A stretch of 64,000 nucleotides of DNA, from NCBI RefSeq assembly GCF_009914755.1, contig NC_060948.1; one strand, written 5' to 3'. Below, one piece after another: positions 35,599 to 53,914 of this stretch (position 1 is its first letter; the number at the start of each line of letters is the position of its first letter). This DNA is from the human T2T-CHM13v2.0 reference genome, Homo sapiens. The position numbers and the translations under genes are program-made. The notes beneath the pieces were generated by a model that saw nothing but the letters and a program-made list of their open reading frames with translations, did not search any database and was not told the origin of the DNA.

Positions 35599-38580
35599 TT
35601 CAGTTGATTATTTCTTGCTCATTAATGTCCTTTTCTTCCTGATTGAAGTACTCCCTTCAGCATTCCTTGTAGGACAGTCATGGTATTGATGAAATCCTTC
35701 AACTTTTGTTTGTCTGGAAAAGTCAGTATTTCTTCTTATTATTTGAAGGACATTTTCGCTGTATATGCTATTCTAAGGTAAAGCTATTTTCTTTAGTGCT
35801 TTAAATATTTATTGCTTCTTTCTCCTGGCCGGCAGGGTTTCCTCTGTAAAGTCTGCTGCCTGATGTGTTGGAGCTCTCCTGTATATTATTTCTTTCTTTT
35901 GTCTTTCTTTTTTAGAACTTTTCTTTTTCTTTGACTTTTTGAAAACTGGCTATGGAATGTTTTGAAGTAGTCTTTTTAGAATTTAATCTGTTTAATGTTC
36001 TATAATATTTCTGTGATTGGATTTGGATATCTTTCTCTAGGTTTGGAAGTTTTCTATTATTATCCCTTTGAATAAATTTTCCTATCCCTGTCTCTTTCTA
36101 TACGTCTTCTTTAAAACCAATAACTCTTAGGCCTATCTTTGTGAGGCTATTTTCCAGATCTTGTAGGCATTATTTGTTGTTTTTATTCTTTTTCTTTTGT
36201 CTCTTCTAAATATATATTTTCACATAGCCTGTCTTCAAGTTCACCATTTCTTCTGCTGGATCCATTCTGCTGTTAAATGGCTTTAATGCATTCTTCAGCA
36301 TGCCAGTTGCATTTTCCAGCTCCTGAATTTTTGCTTAATTTGTTGTAACTATTTCAATCTCTTTGTTGAGTTTAGCTGATAAAATTTGGAATTTCTTTAC
36401 TTTGTTATCTTAGATTTCTGTGAGTTTTTAAAAATACAGCTATTTTGAATTTTCTGTCTGAAAGATTACATATCTCTTTTTCTCCAGGATTTGTCGCTGA
36501 TGCCTTACTTCATTCACTTTGTGAGGTCATGTTTTCCTGGATGGTGACAATGCTAGCAGATGTTCTTCAGTGTCTGGACATTAAAACTTTGGCATGCAGC
36601 ACCACATAAGATGTGAAAAAAAGATTTTTTTTAAAAAAAAGATGAGCATTAATTGTAGACTTCACTGTGTGGGGTTATTCGTAGCTATCTTTCTTGGGAA
36701 GGATTTCCACATATTTGAAAAGGCAGGTGTTGTGATCTAAGCCATATCTGCTTTAGGGGGCACCGTATACCCAATAGTGCTGTAATTTTTGCAGTCTCAT
36801 TGATGTACCACCTTGACAGTCTTGGACAATATCCAGGAAAATTTTCTGGATTAGTAGCCAGAGACTCTTGTTCTCTAACCTTATTTTCCCTCAAAGATAC
36901 AGAGTCTTTCTCTCTATTCTAAGCCACCTAAAGTTGGGAGGAGAATGACACGAGCACCCCTGGCCGCCACCACTGGCTGCCCTGGGTCAGACCTGAAGCT
37001 GGCATAGCACCGGGTCTTGCTCAAGTCCTGCTGCACGCACTTTCTGACAACTGTCTATGTTCACTCAAGGCCTTTGGTCTCTGCAATTAGCAGGTGGCAA
37101 AGCCAGCCATATCTGTGCTCTTTCCTTCAGGGCAGCGAGTTTCCTCAGTCCCTGGCTGGGTCCAGAAGTGCCATTCGGAAGTCAGGGAGTAAAGTCAAAA
37201 ATTTCAGAAGTCCACCGGACATTCTATTGCATTCCAGCTGAGCTGGCATTCAAACCACAAGACACAGCCCTTCCTATTACCTCCTTTCCTTTTCCAAAGG
37301 CAGAGTAGCCCCAAGCACCCCAGGCCACAAGGAGTACTGCCATGTTACCACCTTTGTTCCTTTAAGGCCCAAATCCTCTTTTCCGCTTGTGATGAATATT
37401 GCCTGGACTGGGACTTGCCGTTTTCAGGCCACTGGTCTCCCCACTGGCCCTGGGCAGGTTCATATATGCCAACCAAGAATCAAGTCCTAGAATCAGGGAT
37501 CCCAAAACCTTTCTTGGTGCTCTACCCACCTCTGGCCTTGCCGGTACTTAAGTGGCATGAAAAAGTCCCCTTTACTTTTCCCTCTGCCTTTCCCAAGCAA
37601 AAGGAGTTTTGCCCCTTAGATACCACAGCTTGTAATGTGCTGAATCTCACCTAAATCTAGTAAGTCTATGAGGCTCACACAAGCCTCTTGATGTAGTATC
37701 TGGGTATGGCTGCTGGTTATTCAGGGCCCAAAGGTTGTTAAGTTTGCAGGTGATAAATGCTGCCAGCACTGGGTTCTTTCCTTCAAGGCAGCAGGTTTCC
37801 TTCTGGCCCGGGGTGTGTCTTGGAATGTCTAGGAGCCAGAGCCTGGAAAGGAGGACTCAGGACTCTGACCAGTGCACTATCTTGCTGTGGTTGAGCTGGT
37901 ATCCAGGATGGAAGACAAAGTCCTCCCTACTCTTTTTCCTCCTCTCCTCAAGCAGAAGGATGGGGTCCCTTTTGGAGCTATAAGCTGTGCAGCCTGGTAT
38001 TAGGAGAGTGATAATTCCAGAACCCCTTTGGCTGCCCCAGCTGGTGTCTCAGTATGTTGCATGACCTCCCACCTTAGTTGACTGTTCCTGGGTCCAGTTC
38101 AGCCCTAGGCCTCACCTAAGAGTTGCAGTCCTGATGGCCTAGGCTGCCTTTCAAGTTTTCTTAGATACATGGAGCTCTGGAGCCCTCAGTACCCAGATTT
38201 CCAAATGCTCAAGTTCCAACCACCGAAATCTCATTCCCCTCTGGCCAGGGCTGGTTTAAATAATCCCTCTGTGGATGGGCTTTAGCTGCATTTGGTTTGG
38301 TTTTCCTTTCTGGTCTAACAGGGCAGCACAGAGTTCAATGTCTTAAAATTTCTGTGTTCTCCCTCCTGCAGAACCCAGAGTTGATCTCTGCACCACGCCA
38401 TCACTGCTGGTGGTGAGGAAATGGTGCCTCTTTCAGTGATATGAAGTTAAAACCAGGTACTTTGAGTACTCAACTGATTTTTGGTTCTTATGAATGTATT
38501 TTCTATGTAGACGTTAATAGTTGTGCATCTGGTGTCCTTGCAGGAGGGAAGATCAGTGGAGCCTTCTTTCTGCCATCTTG
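35441..38580 (-). mobile_element. Old L1M/L1MA 5' region (ORF1 remnant and 5'UTR)
   Basis: Antisense ORF1-end text (tttgtttgtctggaaaagtc, aagtctgctgcc) and L1M 5'UTR-type end (gaagttaaaaccaggtact...gccatcttg). Confidence 0.8.
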
Positions 38581-38599
38581 TGTTACCTTTGCAGCCAAG

Positions 38600-40550
<1,951 letters not shown>

Positions 40551-40832
40551 ATTTAATTTTTTTCAATTGTATGTTCAGGGGTACGTGTGAAGGTTTGTTA
40601 CATAGATAAACTCATATCACAGGGGCTTGTTATACAGGTTATTTCATAACCCAGGTATTAAGCCCAGTACTCCATTGTTATCTTTTCTGTTCCTCTCCCT
40701 CCTCCCACCCTCCTCCATCAAGTAGAACCCAGTGTGTGTTGTTTCCTTCTTTGTGTTCCTAAGTTCTCATTATTTAGCTCCCACTTATAAGTGAGAACAA
40801 GTAGCTGCATAGTATTCCATGGTACATATGTG

Positions 40833-41043
40833 TGTTCTGTGTGGAAAATGTGTAAGGAGAGAAGAAAAGAAACACACAATACTTTTAAGGGTAAACAGAC
40901 TTTATCCCAAGTATATGGCAACACAGATATAATAAACAAATCATCTAATAAGCCAATGATATAATAAACAAATTGTGATGGGAAGGGGAGAAGGGAAAAG
41001 ACATATTATATATAATATATACATATACATATGTATGTGTGTA

Positions 41044-41088
<45 letters not shown>

Positions 41089-41618
41089 CATATATATATT
41101 CACCAGATAATGGAGGATTCATCACCAGATGGGGAAGCAACTACCTGGCCTCCAGAGTTGGCCACTAGTCCATGTACAGATGAAGAGAGGTCCCATGAAG
41201 CTTCGGCGTGGTCTTGGAAACTAGCTCTTCTTCTTAAAAGTTGTTTAACATGAGGCCCAGTCATGTGGGCCCTTCTTGACTGGGCTCAAGGAATACAAAA
41301 TGGTCATCAAAAGCATACCTTCACAAGCCTGTAGTCCCAGCACCTTTGGAGGCCAAGGCTGGTGCATCACTTGAGGTCAGGTGTTCAAGACCAGCCTGGC
41401 CAAACTGGTAAAACCCCATCTCTACTAAAAATACAAAAATTAGCCCGGCGTGGTGGTGCAATTGTTTTTGAAATGTCTGTTGTTTTTCAATAACTATTTC
41501 TCTGAAAGAGCACTGAATGAATGCCTCAAGGGGCTCACACAACTTGTTCCATGTCTCAGTGACCATTGTTTGTGTCCATGTTCAGTTGAATTCAAATTTA
41601 ATATTTAACTTTTGCTCC
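40833..41618 (-). mobile_element. Solo LTR (LTR32-like, ERVL class) inside the L1, with a (CA)n microsatellite at ~41046-41090
   Basis: Non-L1 block with LTR-like ends (tgttctgtgtggaaaa ... ttcaaatttaatatttaacttttgctcca). Family name from memory and uncertain. Confidence 0.65.
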
Positions 41619-42090
41619 ATTATCTTGTCCCACATTATCTTTATTCAATCTGTCATTGATGGGCATTTAGGTTGATTCCATATCTTTACTTTTCTGAATA
41701 GTGCTGCAATAAACATGTACTTGCTTGTGACTTTATGATAGAACAATTTATATAACTCTGGGTATATTCCCAGTGATGAGATTACTGGGTCAAGTGATGG
41801 TTCTGCTTTTAGCTCTTTCGAGGAATTACCATACTGCTCTCCACAACGGTGGGACCAATACACATTCCAACCAACAGTGTATGTATTGTTTTTCTCCACA
41901 ACCTTGCCAGTGTCTGTTATTTTTTGACTTCTTAATAATGGCCATTATGGCTGGTGTGAGATGGTGTCTCACTGTGCGTTTAATTTGAATTTCTCTAGTG
42001 ATCGGTGATATTGAGCTTTGTATTCTATGGTTGTTGGTCACATGTATGTATTCTTTTGAAAAGTATTCATGTCTTTTGCCCACTTTTTAA

Positions 42091-43681
42091 ATTGTTTTTT
42101 ATTTCCATAGGTTTTGGGACAACAGGTGGTATTTGGTTACATTAGTAAGTTATTTATTGGTGATTTGTAAAATTTTGGTACATCCATCACCTCATCAGTA
42201 TATACTGAACCAAATTTGTATCCCTTTGTCCCTCACCCCTTTTACCCCTTTCCCCGTGAGTCCTTAAAGTCCATTGTGTTATTCTTATGCCTTTGCCTCC
42301 TTATAGCTTAGCTCCCTCTTATAAGTGAGAATGTAAGATGTTTGGTTTTCCATTCCATTACTTCACTTGAGTTAATAGTCTTCAATCCCATCCAGGTTGC
42401 TGAAATTGCCATTGATTAATTTCTTTTTATGGCTGAGTAGTGCTCCATCCTACATCTATACCCCAGTTTCTTTATCCACTCATTGACTGACGGGCAATTG
42501 GATTGGTTGTACATTTTTGCAATTGCAAATTGTGCTGCTATAAATATGCATGTGCAAGCATCTTTTTTGTATAATAACTTCTTTTTTTCCTCTGGGTACA
42601 TAGCCAGTAGTGGGATTGTGGGGTCAAATGGTTCTTCTCCTTTCAGTTCTTTAAGGAATCTCCACACAGTTTTCCATAGTGATTGTACTACCTTACATTC
42701 CCACCAGCAGTGTAGAAGTGTTCCCTTTTCACCACACTCACACCAACATCTATTATGTTTTTATTTTTTGATTATGACCATTCTTGTGGGAGTAAGGTGG
42801 TATCGCATAATGGTTGTAATTTGCATTTCCCTGATTATTAGTGATGTTGAGCATTTTTTCATATATTTGTTGGCCATTTGTATATCTTCTAAGAATTTTG
42901 TATGACCATATTGCCAAAAGCAATCTACAAATTCAATGCAATTGCCATCAAAATACCACCATCATTCTTCACAGAACTACAAAAAACAATTCTAGAATTC
43001 AAAAAAGAGCCCGCATAGCCAAAGCAATGCTAAGCAAAAAGAACAAATTAGAAGACATCACATTACCTGATTTCAAACTATAGCATAAGACCATAGTCAC
43101 CAAAACAGCATGGTTCTGGTATAAAAGTAAGCACATAGACAAATGAAACATAATAGACAACCCAGAAATTAACCCAAATATTTACAGCCATCTGATCTTT
43201 CACAAAGTAAACAGAAACAGAGTGGGGAAAGAACGCCCTACTTAACAAATGGTGCTGGGATAATTGGCAAGCCACATGTAGGAGAATGAAACTGGATCTT
43301 CATGTCTCACCTTCTACAAAAATCAACACGAGATGGATCAACGACTTAAATCTAAGACCTGAAACTTAAAAAATTCTAGAAGATGACATCAAAAAACATT
43401 CTAGACATTGGCTTAGGCAAGGATTTCATGACCAAGAACCCAAAAGCAAATGCAAGAAAAACAAAGATAAATAGGTGGGATTTAATTAAACTAAAGAGCT
43501 TTTTCACGACTAAAGGAACAGTCAGCAGAGTAAGCAGACAATCTACAGACTGGGAGAAAATCTTCACAATCTGTATATCTGACAAAAGACTAATATCCAG
43601 GATCTACAACAAGCTCAAACAAATTAGAAAGAAAAAAAAAATCCCATAAAAAAGTAGGCTAAGGACACGAGTAGACAATTA
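42091..43681 (-). mobile_element. L1PB1-like insertion with 5' inversion (minus ~42091-42897, plus ~42902-43680)
   Basis: L1PB1-type 3' end (tttccataggttttgggacaacaggtggtatttggttaca); degenerate TSD tttgcccactttttaa / tttggcaactctttaa. Confidence 0.85.
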
Positions 43682-46600
43682 TTTGGCAACTCTTTAATAG
43701 GGTTGTTTGTTTTTCTCTTGTAAATTTATTTAAGTTCTCTATGTTGAATATTAGACCTTTGTCAGATACATAGTTTGTAAATATGTTTTCTTATTCTGTA
43801 GGTTGTCTCTTCACTCTATCGATAATTTCTTTTGCTGAGCAGAGGCTTTTAAGTTTAATTAGACCCCACTTGTCAATATTTGCATTTGTTGTAATTGTTT
43901 TTGGTGTCTTTATCATGAAATCTTTGCCTGTTTTTATGTCCAGGATGGTATTGCCTAGGTTGTCTTCCAGGGCTCTTATAGTTTTGGGTTTTGCATTTAA
44001 GTCTTTAATCCATCTTGAGTTGATTTTTGTGTAGAGTGTAAGGAAGAGGTCCAGCTTCAGTCTTCTACGTATGGCTAGCCAGCTATCCCAGCAACACTTA
44101 TTGTATAGGGAGACTTTTCCCCATTGCTTGTTTTTGCCAGCTTTGTCAAACATTAGATAGTTGTAGGTGTGCGGTCTTATTTCTGGGCTCTCTACGCTGT
44201 TCCATTGGTGTGTGCCTCTGTTTTTGTACGGGTGCCCTGCTGTTTTGGTTACTGTAGTGCTGTAGTATCGTTTGAAGTCCCGTAATGTGATGCCTCAAGC
44301 TTTGTTCTTTTGCTTAGGATTGCCTTGGCTATTTAAGTTCTTTCTTGGTTCTATATACATTTTTAAATAGCTTTTTCTAGTTCCATGAAGCTTGTCATTG
44401 GTAGTTTCATAGGAAGAGCTTTGGGCAGTATGGTGATTTAAATGATATCAGTTCTTTCTCTCCATTAACATGGAATAATTTTCCATTTCTTTGTGTCTCG
44501 TGTGACTTCTTTGAGCAGTGTTTTGTAATTTTCATTGCAGAGATCTTTCACCTCCCTGGTTAGCTGTATTTCTAGGTATTTTATTCTTTTTGTGAAAATC
44601 GTGAATACAATTGCCTTTCTGGTTTGTCTCTCAGTTTGGCTCTTCTTCGTGTATAGGAATGCTAGCAAATTTTGTACATTGATTTTGTACACTGAAACCA
44701 CGTGGAAGTTGTTTATCAGCTTACGGAGCATTTTGGGTCACAACTATAGGTTTTAGATAGAGAATTATGTTGTCTGCAAACAGAGGTAGTTGGACTTCTC
44801 TTTCTATTTACATACCCTTTATTTCTTTTTTTAATAACCTTTATTTCTTTCTCTTCTCTGATTGCTCCAGCAAGGACTTCTAACACTATGTTGAATAGGA
44901 GTGGTGAGAGAGCACATCCTTGTCTTGTGTGCTTGTGTGGGTTTCAGGGAGAATGCTTCCAGATTTCGCCCATTTAGCATAATGTTGGCTGTGAGTTTGT
45001 CATAGGTGGCTTTATTATTTTGAGGTATGTTCCTTCAATACCTCACTTATTGAGAGTTTTTAATGTGAAACATTGTTGAATTTTACTGAAAGCCTTTTCT
45101 GTATCTATTCAGACCATCATATGGTTATTGTCTTTAGTTTTATTTATGTTATGAATCACATTTTATTGATTTGCCCATTATAGAACAACCTTCCATTCCA
45201 GGGAAGAAGCCTAATTCACTGTGGTGAATTACCCTTTTGATATGTTGCTGGATTCACTTTGCAAGGATTTTGTTGTAGATTATTGAATGGACATTCATCA
45301 AGGATACTGGCCTGAAGCTTTCCTTTTTTGTTGTGTCACTGCCAGGCTTTGGTATCAGGATGATGCTGGCCTTATAGAAGAAGTTGGGAAGAAGTCCCTC
45401 CTTCACTATTTCTTGAAATAGTTTTAGTAGGAATGGTACTAGCTCTAATTTGTACATATGTTAAAATTTGACAGTTAATCTATCAGGTCCTGGGCTTTAT
45501 TTTTTTCCTTGGTTGGTAGGCTGTTTACTACTGATTCAATTTTTGGAGCTCATTATTTGTCTGTTCAGAGACTGAATTTCTTCCTGGTTCAGTCTTTAGA
45601 AGGTGTATGTGTCCAGGAATTTATTCATCTCTTCTAGGGTTTTTTGTTTGAGTGTGTAGAGGTGTTCGTAGTAGTTGTTGATTGTTATTTTTATTTCTGT
45701 GGGGTCAGTGGTAACATTACCTTCATCATTTATAATTACGTTTATTTGAATCTTCTCTCTTTTCTTCTTTATTCATCTAGCTAGTGCCTATCTATCCTAT
45801 TAATTTTTTTCAGAAAACGTTGATTAAGTGACCATTTGAACAGTTTTTTATGTCTCAATTTTTTTTCCAATTCAGCTGTGATTTTAGTTATTTCTTATCC
45901 TCTGCAAGCTTTGTGGTTGATTTCCTCTTGCTATTCTAATTCTTTCAGTTATGATGTTAGGTTGTTAATATGAGATCTTTCTAACTTTTTGAATTGGGCA
46001 TTACTTCTTATGCCCTATACTAACTTTTCTCCTTCTCCTAGAAAACTCAGGACTGTGCTTTCTAAACTAATTTAAACTTTCTCAGTGAATCAGCCTGATC
46101 TCCCTGAGGCAAAGTTAGCAATTTTCCATTACACATGTTTCTCTTTCTCTGTAATAATATCTTGTGCAACAATGCAAGTGTTTCATGCCCTCCTGGATAT
46201 TCGGGGACCTCATTTTGGCTGAGACCAAGACTTAAAACTTTGTTCTTTCAACATTAATGAAGATCTATTTAGAAAGGCTCTATTTTACAGAAAAGGTATA
46301 CAAATACCAATGAAAATAAATATAACATTATATGACATACAATTATATTGTGAAAGATTGAATAAATAAGTGAAGTAAGCTCTAAGAAAAAAAGATGATA
46401 TAAAGTGATACATAAATGAAAAACCTGGCATGGTATAGCATAATTTATGTACCAGTACAGTGTGTACATTGCAGAAGTGGCAGGAAAACTGCATACAGAG
46501 TGAAACCTGACCAAAAGCTTTAAGGAAAGTTCAGCTCTTTGTATGGAGATTGGTAGGGGAGAAAAGGAGAGGAAATAATATAAATTATTTGATCTATGCC

Positions 46601-48394
46601 CTTAAAAGAGATTAAAGTGGACTCAAGAAAACATGGTCCACTTTAGAAGAAGGACACAGGTTCAATGCTGGCCAAAGCTCAGAGCATCCCTACTTTCTCC
46701 AGGAGGAAAGGGGATACAAAAGAGCAGGCAGACAGCAGTACAGCCAGGTCAGTACAGGGCACCCAGGCCAAGCCAGTTGGGCTATACTGTACAGGTAGTA
46801 AGGAGCCACTGCAGGGTGGGCTTTATTCATTAGTTTGTTATATTTTCTTTAGTAACTAAGACACATGATCAAAGTTGATCTTTGTAAGTATTGCTGCAGC
46901 TGAACATAGGATGGATAAAACCAGTGTTTAAAAAATTGTGTTGTATAGAACACTAGCCTCAGTGAGATATTAGTGGAACCCACAGGTGCATGCACACTCA
47001 TACACACACACACTTGCACACACTCACACTGAGCCCAGATTATTCTGGCAAATGCTGGGTTAAGCAAACTAAAAGAAACATCTCTATTGCTGGACATCTC
47101 AGAACCTGGAATGTGGCTATATGACTCATAAAACAGCAACATTAAGACAGATCATGTGATTTTGTTTTCCAGAAATGTTGAAACACTTTCCTCTCCTTGG
47201 CTTCAGTGTCACCTTCTTTCTCCTCATTCTCCATCAACATTTTGGCTGCTCCTTCTTGGTTTCCTTCTTGACACTCTGCTGCTGCTCACCCATTCTCTTT
47301 TCATTCCCCATGAATTTCTCAAGTGTGTTTCTATTGCTGCAGATCTTTCCTTGTTTTTTCCTGACAATTCTCCTTGCCTGACCCTCCCCCATTCTAAGGC
47401 ATGTGTTCCATCTGTGTGCACTTTTGGCATCCTGGGATGCTCCCAGAGTGTTCCATGCCACACTCCATCAGGTTTTCTCCCCCAGACTCTGTGAGGGCAG
47501 TGCCCTTGTCTCTACTGTTGCTTCAGTACTCAGCACATAACACATAAGCTGATTCCTAAACATTTACTGGGCCAACTGAGACTAAATGTGTGTTCCTCCA
47601 GATCTTAAAAAGTTACAATAATAAACATAGCACAATAGTCCAAAAATGTCTCTTCAGTCAGGAGTTCTCTATATATGCACAACAGTTTGAAGTCATTATA
47701 AGGCAAAGTTAAACAGAAACTTTCACAAAGTTCCCTATTTTGCTTTAATCTTCAATTCATCAGGTGAGATAATCAAGACCATGTGTTATTGTACATATTT
47801 CTAGCTTGCAACATAAGAAGCTGATTTTTATTGTTTGAAATAACCACAATATAAATCTGTTAACTAAAACTTGTGTAAATATTCCTTTCAGATAAAATTC
47901 TGCCTAAATTTTATGTTATTCATGTGTTCAAATGATAATGAGCTCATAGGCTTTTCCAGTACCTCAGTCACAACATTGTACTGATTCCAGCTGTGGGAAT
48001 AGCATCTGAGAGTTATGTTACAGATGGGGAAAAGGTACTTATGTGACATTGGCCTTTGCACTACTGTGTCCGTTTGGTTCAGGAAAAAGCTGTTTCCTTA
48101 AAATTCTAAAATCTCTTCTGTCAGGTCTGTATGGTAGGTGGGAAACACAGTTTTTTAAATTTTAGACACAGATGATTTATTCCTTGCTAAAAGCAGTGAA
48201 TAGATAAAGGCCACCAGGAGAGCCTCTGATGTTGCTTCAGAAGCAGTGTGTCTGAGAGCATCTTCCTGAAACACTCTCCTATGTCTGCCCAAAATCACGT
48301 TAGGTAGGAAAGTCAAAACTTAGCAGGCTGAGGAGATCCAAGGGGATCACTGAGCTCTGAGACTTATGACAGAAGAGAAGAGAGAGAGGTCTAA

Positions 48395-48925
48395 TACTTT
48401 TGGGGTATAAATTTATGGGTTACAAGTTGTAATTTTGCTCTAAGCATGGATTACATAGTGGTGAAGTCAGGGCTTTTAGGGTATCCATTACCGGAATAAT
48501 GGACATTGTAACCATTAAGTAATTTCCCACTATTCACCCCTTCCATCCCCTCACCCTGCTGAGTCTCCATTATCATTCCACTATCTACATCAATACCTAG
48601 ACATCTTTAAGCATCCACTTATGCGTGAGAAATACAATGTTTACTCTGTGTCTGGCTGGTTTCACTTACAATAATGGCCTCCAGTTCCATTCATGTGTCT
48701 CCAGAAGTTATGATTTTATTCTTTTTTATTCCTGAACATTATTTCATTGTGTATATTTTCTACATTTTCTTTCTCCAATAATCTGTTGATGGGTATTTAG
48801 GTTGATTTGTATCTGTGCTACTGTGAATAGTGTTGCAGGAAACATGCAAGTACAGGTATCTTTCTAATAATTTTATTTCTTTTCCTTTGTGTATGTACCC
48901 AGTGGTGGAGTAGCTGGATCAGACA
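48395..48925 (-). mobile_element. L1MA 3'-end fragment
   Basis: Antisense L1MA-type 3'UTR (atagtggtgaagtcagggcttttagggtatccattacc). Confidence 0.75.
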
Positions 48926-50921
48926 GAGCCAGTTGATGATCAGTAATGGTGGCCAATAATCAGCTAGAAACAAAGTACTTAGCAGAGCCTGAAAACACCA
49001 AGACTCTGAGACCACTGATCTTAAAAAACTTCAACAGCCCTGAGTGAAACATCCAAACACATTTATCCACAATTTAAATACCCTTTAATGCCTGTCTTCT
49101 GTGCATCTCAGAAGTCTATTTTTACCACACTGTATATGCTGCATTAGCCATTTATATGAAACTGCAAGGCATCTTATACTAAATATTCAACCATGTATCC
49201 CTAGTGCCTAGCACAGTCCTGGCATATAGTTTTCTACTAAACATTTGCAGAATGAAATAATTATCTTGTATCCAGTTTCCAAGTTTTAAGGTGATTTCTC
49301 ACTAAAAATAAAGTACTGCAGTTCACAAATAATCTACTTCTTTTTTTGCAAGTGGGATATATTTTAATCTTATCCCCTAATGACATTATTTTCATTTACT
49401 TCCATCTAAATATACTGTCATAAGAGAGAAATAAGAAAGAGAGTTAAAGCTGGAACTTGAAGAATTGTACATGGTCCACATTGTGGCCTGACATTCATCG
49501 CTCACCTGAGCTTCATCTGTTAGGTATGTCAGGGAAGATAATTGGGGTGAGAGTGGCCTCAACAGAGGACCCCAGATCTCTGGCTTCCCCATCTGGCAAG
49601 TACACGCTGTGAACAAAGTCTTCAGAGCCATATGACAAGAATGGCCCAAGCACTCCACTAGGGAAATCTGAGCCCTGTGGACATCAATGCAGAGCATCAA
49701 GCAGCACATAACATGTAACTGAAGAGGACAGCAGGAGCAACAAGGAGGGACAACCATGACCTAGGAGGGCACAATGCCAGGGATGCCTGGACCCCACACT
49801 AGGCTCAGTGCCCATTATACTCTTGGGACCCAGTGCTTTCTCTCGCCATCACTTGGCATACTTGGAATTTTTTTTGTTGCTTAAAATAATGTTTTTAGTG
49901 TTCACCTTTCCTAGGAGACAGGTAGATTCTTTGACACTACAGCTTCTGGCACACAGTAGGTGCATCACAAACATCTGCTGAGTTCACACACTCTTGCCTT
50001 CTCAAACCTTCTTGTCAAGTCTTCAGTGAAGAGGAATTGCTGATTGAGAAAGAATTAAACTTCTAGAGACTTCTGGATCCACTGAAGTTTGAGGCAAGGT
50101 GAGATTTGTTTATTGCCATATTCCTAGCTCATAGCATAATGTAGTCACTTAATAAATGTTTGTTAAATAAGTGAGTGAATTGATTCATACGTCTTACTTA
50201 GCAATATATTTTCTGAGTAAAGTTGATACATGTAAGAGTTTACTTCTGGTATAATTTTACTTTACTTATTCAAGAAACTTGGCAATTCAACTAGGTGCCA
50301 GTCACACCACTGCCGAAGAAAAAGAGGTATAAGATATAATTTCTGTCTACATGAAAGCCACAGTTTAAAAATTAGAAACATATGTACAAATTTTAAAAAT
50401 AAATTGGCTAAATTCAAAATCAGAGGGTTTTGTTTTTATTTTAAACAGCTCTACTCAGGAAGTGTTTGAAAATTCTAAAGAGGAAATCTTTCAACACACC
50501 ACCTAAGCATGAAGCAGAAACCACCCATAATTGAGTTTGCTACCACCAACCTCAACAGCAAGAATTCCAATCTTGCTGCTGCAAATTAAGTGTCACTCTG
50601 ATTTTATTACTGCTATGTAACCCAGTTTTAGACTCTCTGGTTCTCACTTAATATTCCATAAAAGTATTAAAGAGAAAATATTATTATGGTGATGAGCCCA
50701 TTCACTGCAGCCATCTTAACATTATACCTATTATAAGCCCTATCACTTAAAAAGAAAACTGTTTGTTTAACTTATTTATGCAAAAGTCAGTGTAACATAA
50801 ACATATTTGCCATCAGACTTCATATTTATGGGTTAAATAGCATACAAATATGATTAGAGGCTTAAAGTTTACACTTTTCTGATTCTCTCAAATGTTTTTT
50901 CAAAATAGCATGTGCCTTTCT

Positions 50922-52618
<1,697 letters not shown>

Positions 52619-52778
52619 TAAATGATGATTTTGAGATAGAATAGGCAACTTCTCTTGGGAACCATTTGATCAGTGCTCACTTTCACACTCTGTCCAGAAA
52701 TGTCAATGGCTTTAAAATATAGAAGTATATTACACGACTAAACTTATACTCATTCAGTATTGTGAAATATTTAGAACT

Positions 52779-53255
52779 TATTCTAGCTCTCTGTTGCTGA
52801 ATAGCAAGCCATTCCAAAACTTAAGGAATTATTTATTGTTTAATATTTTTATTGTTATTTTTATTTAGTAATTTTAAATAACATTATTTCTCAAGGTTTT
52901 GTGGGTTGATGGGAGCTACAACAGTTCTGTTTTGGAGTTTGTCTTGCAGCTGCTATTGGTTGCTGCTACTGAAGTTACCTGAAAACTCAACTAGGCTGAA
53001 GAGCCTAGATGGGTTACTCACATGGCTGACAGTGCCTATTGGCTGTTGTGTGTGGTGCCTATCTGGCCTCTCCATGTTACCTGGAGTCCTCAGAACATGG
53101 TAGTTGGTCCCAAGACACACAGAGAAATACTACAAAGCTTCTTATGACCTAGGCTTGGAGGTCCTAGAATTTGACTTCTGCTGCATCCTATTGGTAAAGC
53201 AAGTCATTGTGACCAGCACAGATTCAAGAACTGGGAGATTCAACTCCACTTGTCA
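52779..53255 (-). mobile_element. MLT1-family MaLR LTR fragment
   Basis: ctcacatggctgacag, ggcctctccatg, cttatgacctaggcttggagg..cttctgctgcatcctattgg..cagattcaag motifs. Confidence 0.7.
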
Positions 53256-53914
53256 TTATATTTTAGACGGATAGTACTAGCTACTCATGTCTCCCCTAGA
53301 AACCCAAGCTAGGCATTGACATATTGAAAATGATGTCACTAACATTAAAAAACTCCAGAAAAATCACATGTGATGACAGGTTAATTCAGTCTCTCAGTTA
53401 CATCAATATAATTCCCTTCTTTTAACCCTAAATATGGTAAAACAGAATTGAATTCTACAAAAGTCTTTCAACTGTTTTCTATGGAATAATTAACAAACCC
53501 AATAAACGTGGAAAGAGTATGAAGTCCAATTTATTTTAGATATATACCTCTTAATTTCAAAGCTTATAGAAATCTAAAAAACTAATCACCACAATCCATA
53601 ATGCGTGGATCAGAAGACATCGTACTAAGAGTATCCTGTGGCATGCCAAAAATATATTACTAACTAGGAAATTTAAAACCCTTGTTGGTGATTTTAAGAG
53701 AGCTGACTAGCTCATCAGCACAATTCACACAGATTAAGAACGGAGGTTACTCTGCTGAGTGGATTCATAATGATCATAAAAAATTCACGAATAAGAAAAT
53801 GAGATAGAGAAGGGGAAGCATACTGTCAATCACTACAATTAAAGGGAATTTTCAAATGGTCTGATTTTGTATTTTTCAAAAGAAAGACAGCTTATTGCGA
53901 TAGAATAAGAATCC

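Larger units (their letters stand above)
40555..46000 (-). mobile_element. L1PA13-15-like element (3' end at ~40555; ORF2 pieces ~41625-42090 and ~43682-46000) hosting nested insertions
   Basis: L1PA14-like 3'UTR; antisense ORF2 continues in register on either side of each insertion. Confidence 0.85.

Noticed and set aside
46000-50900. Unique-looking stretch as possible exons or a pseudogene
   Set aside because: Only short unrecognisable ORFs and faint L2/MIR-like remnants; no supportable gene model from the sequence alone.
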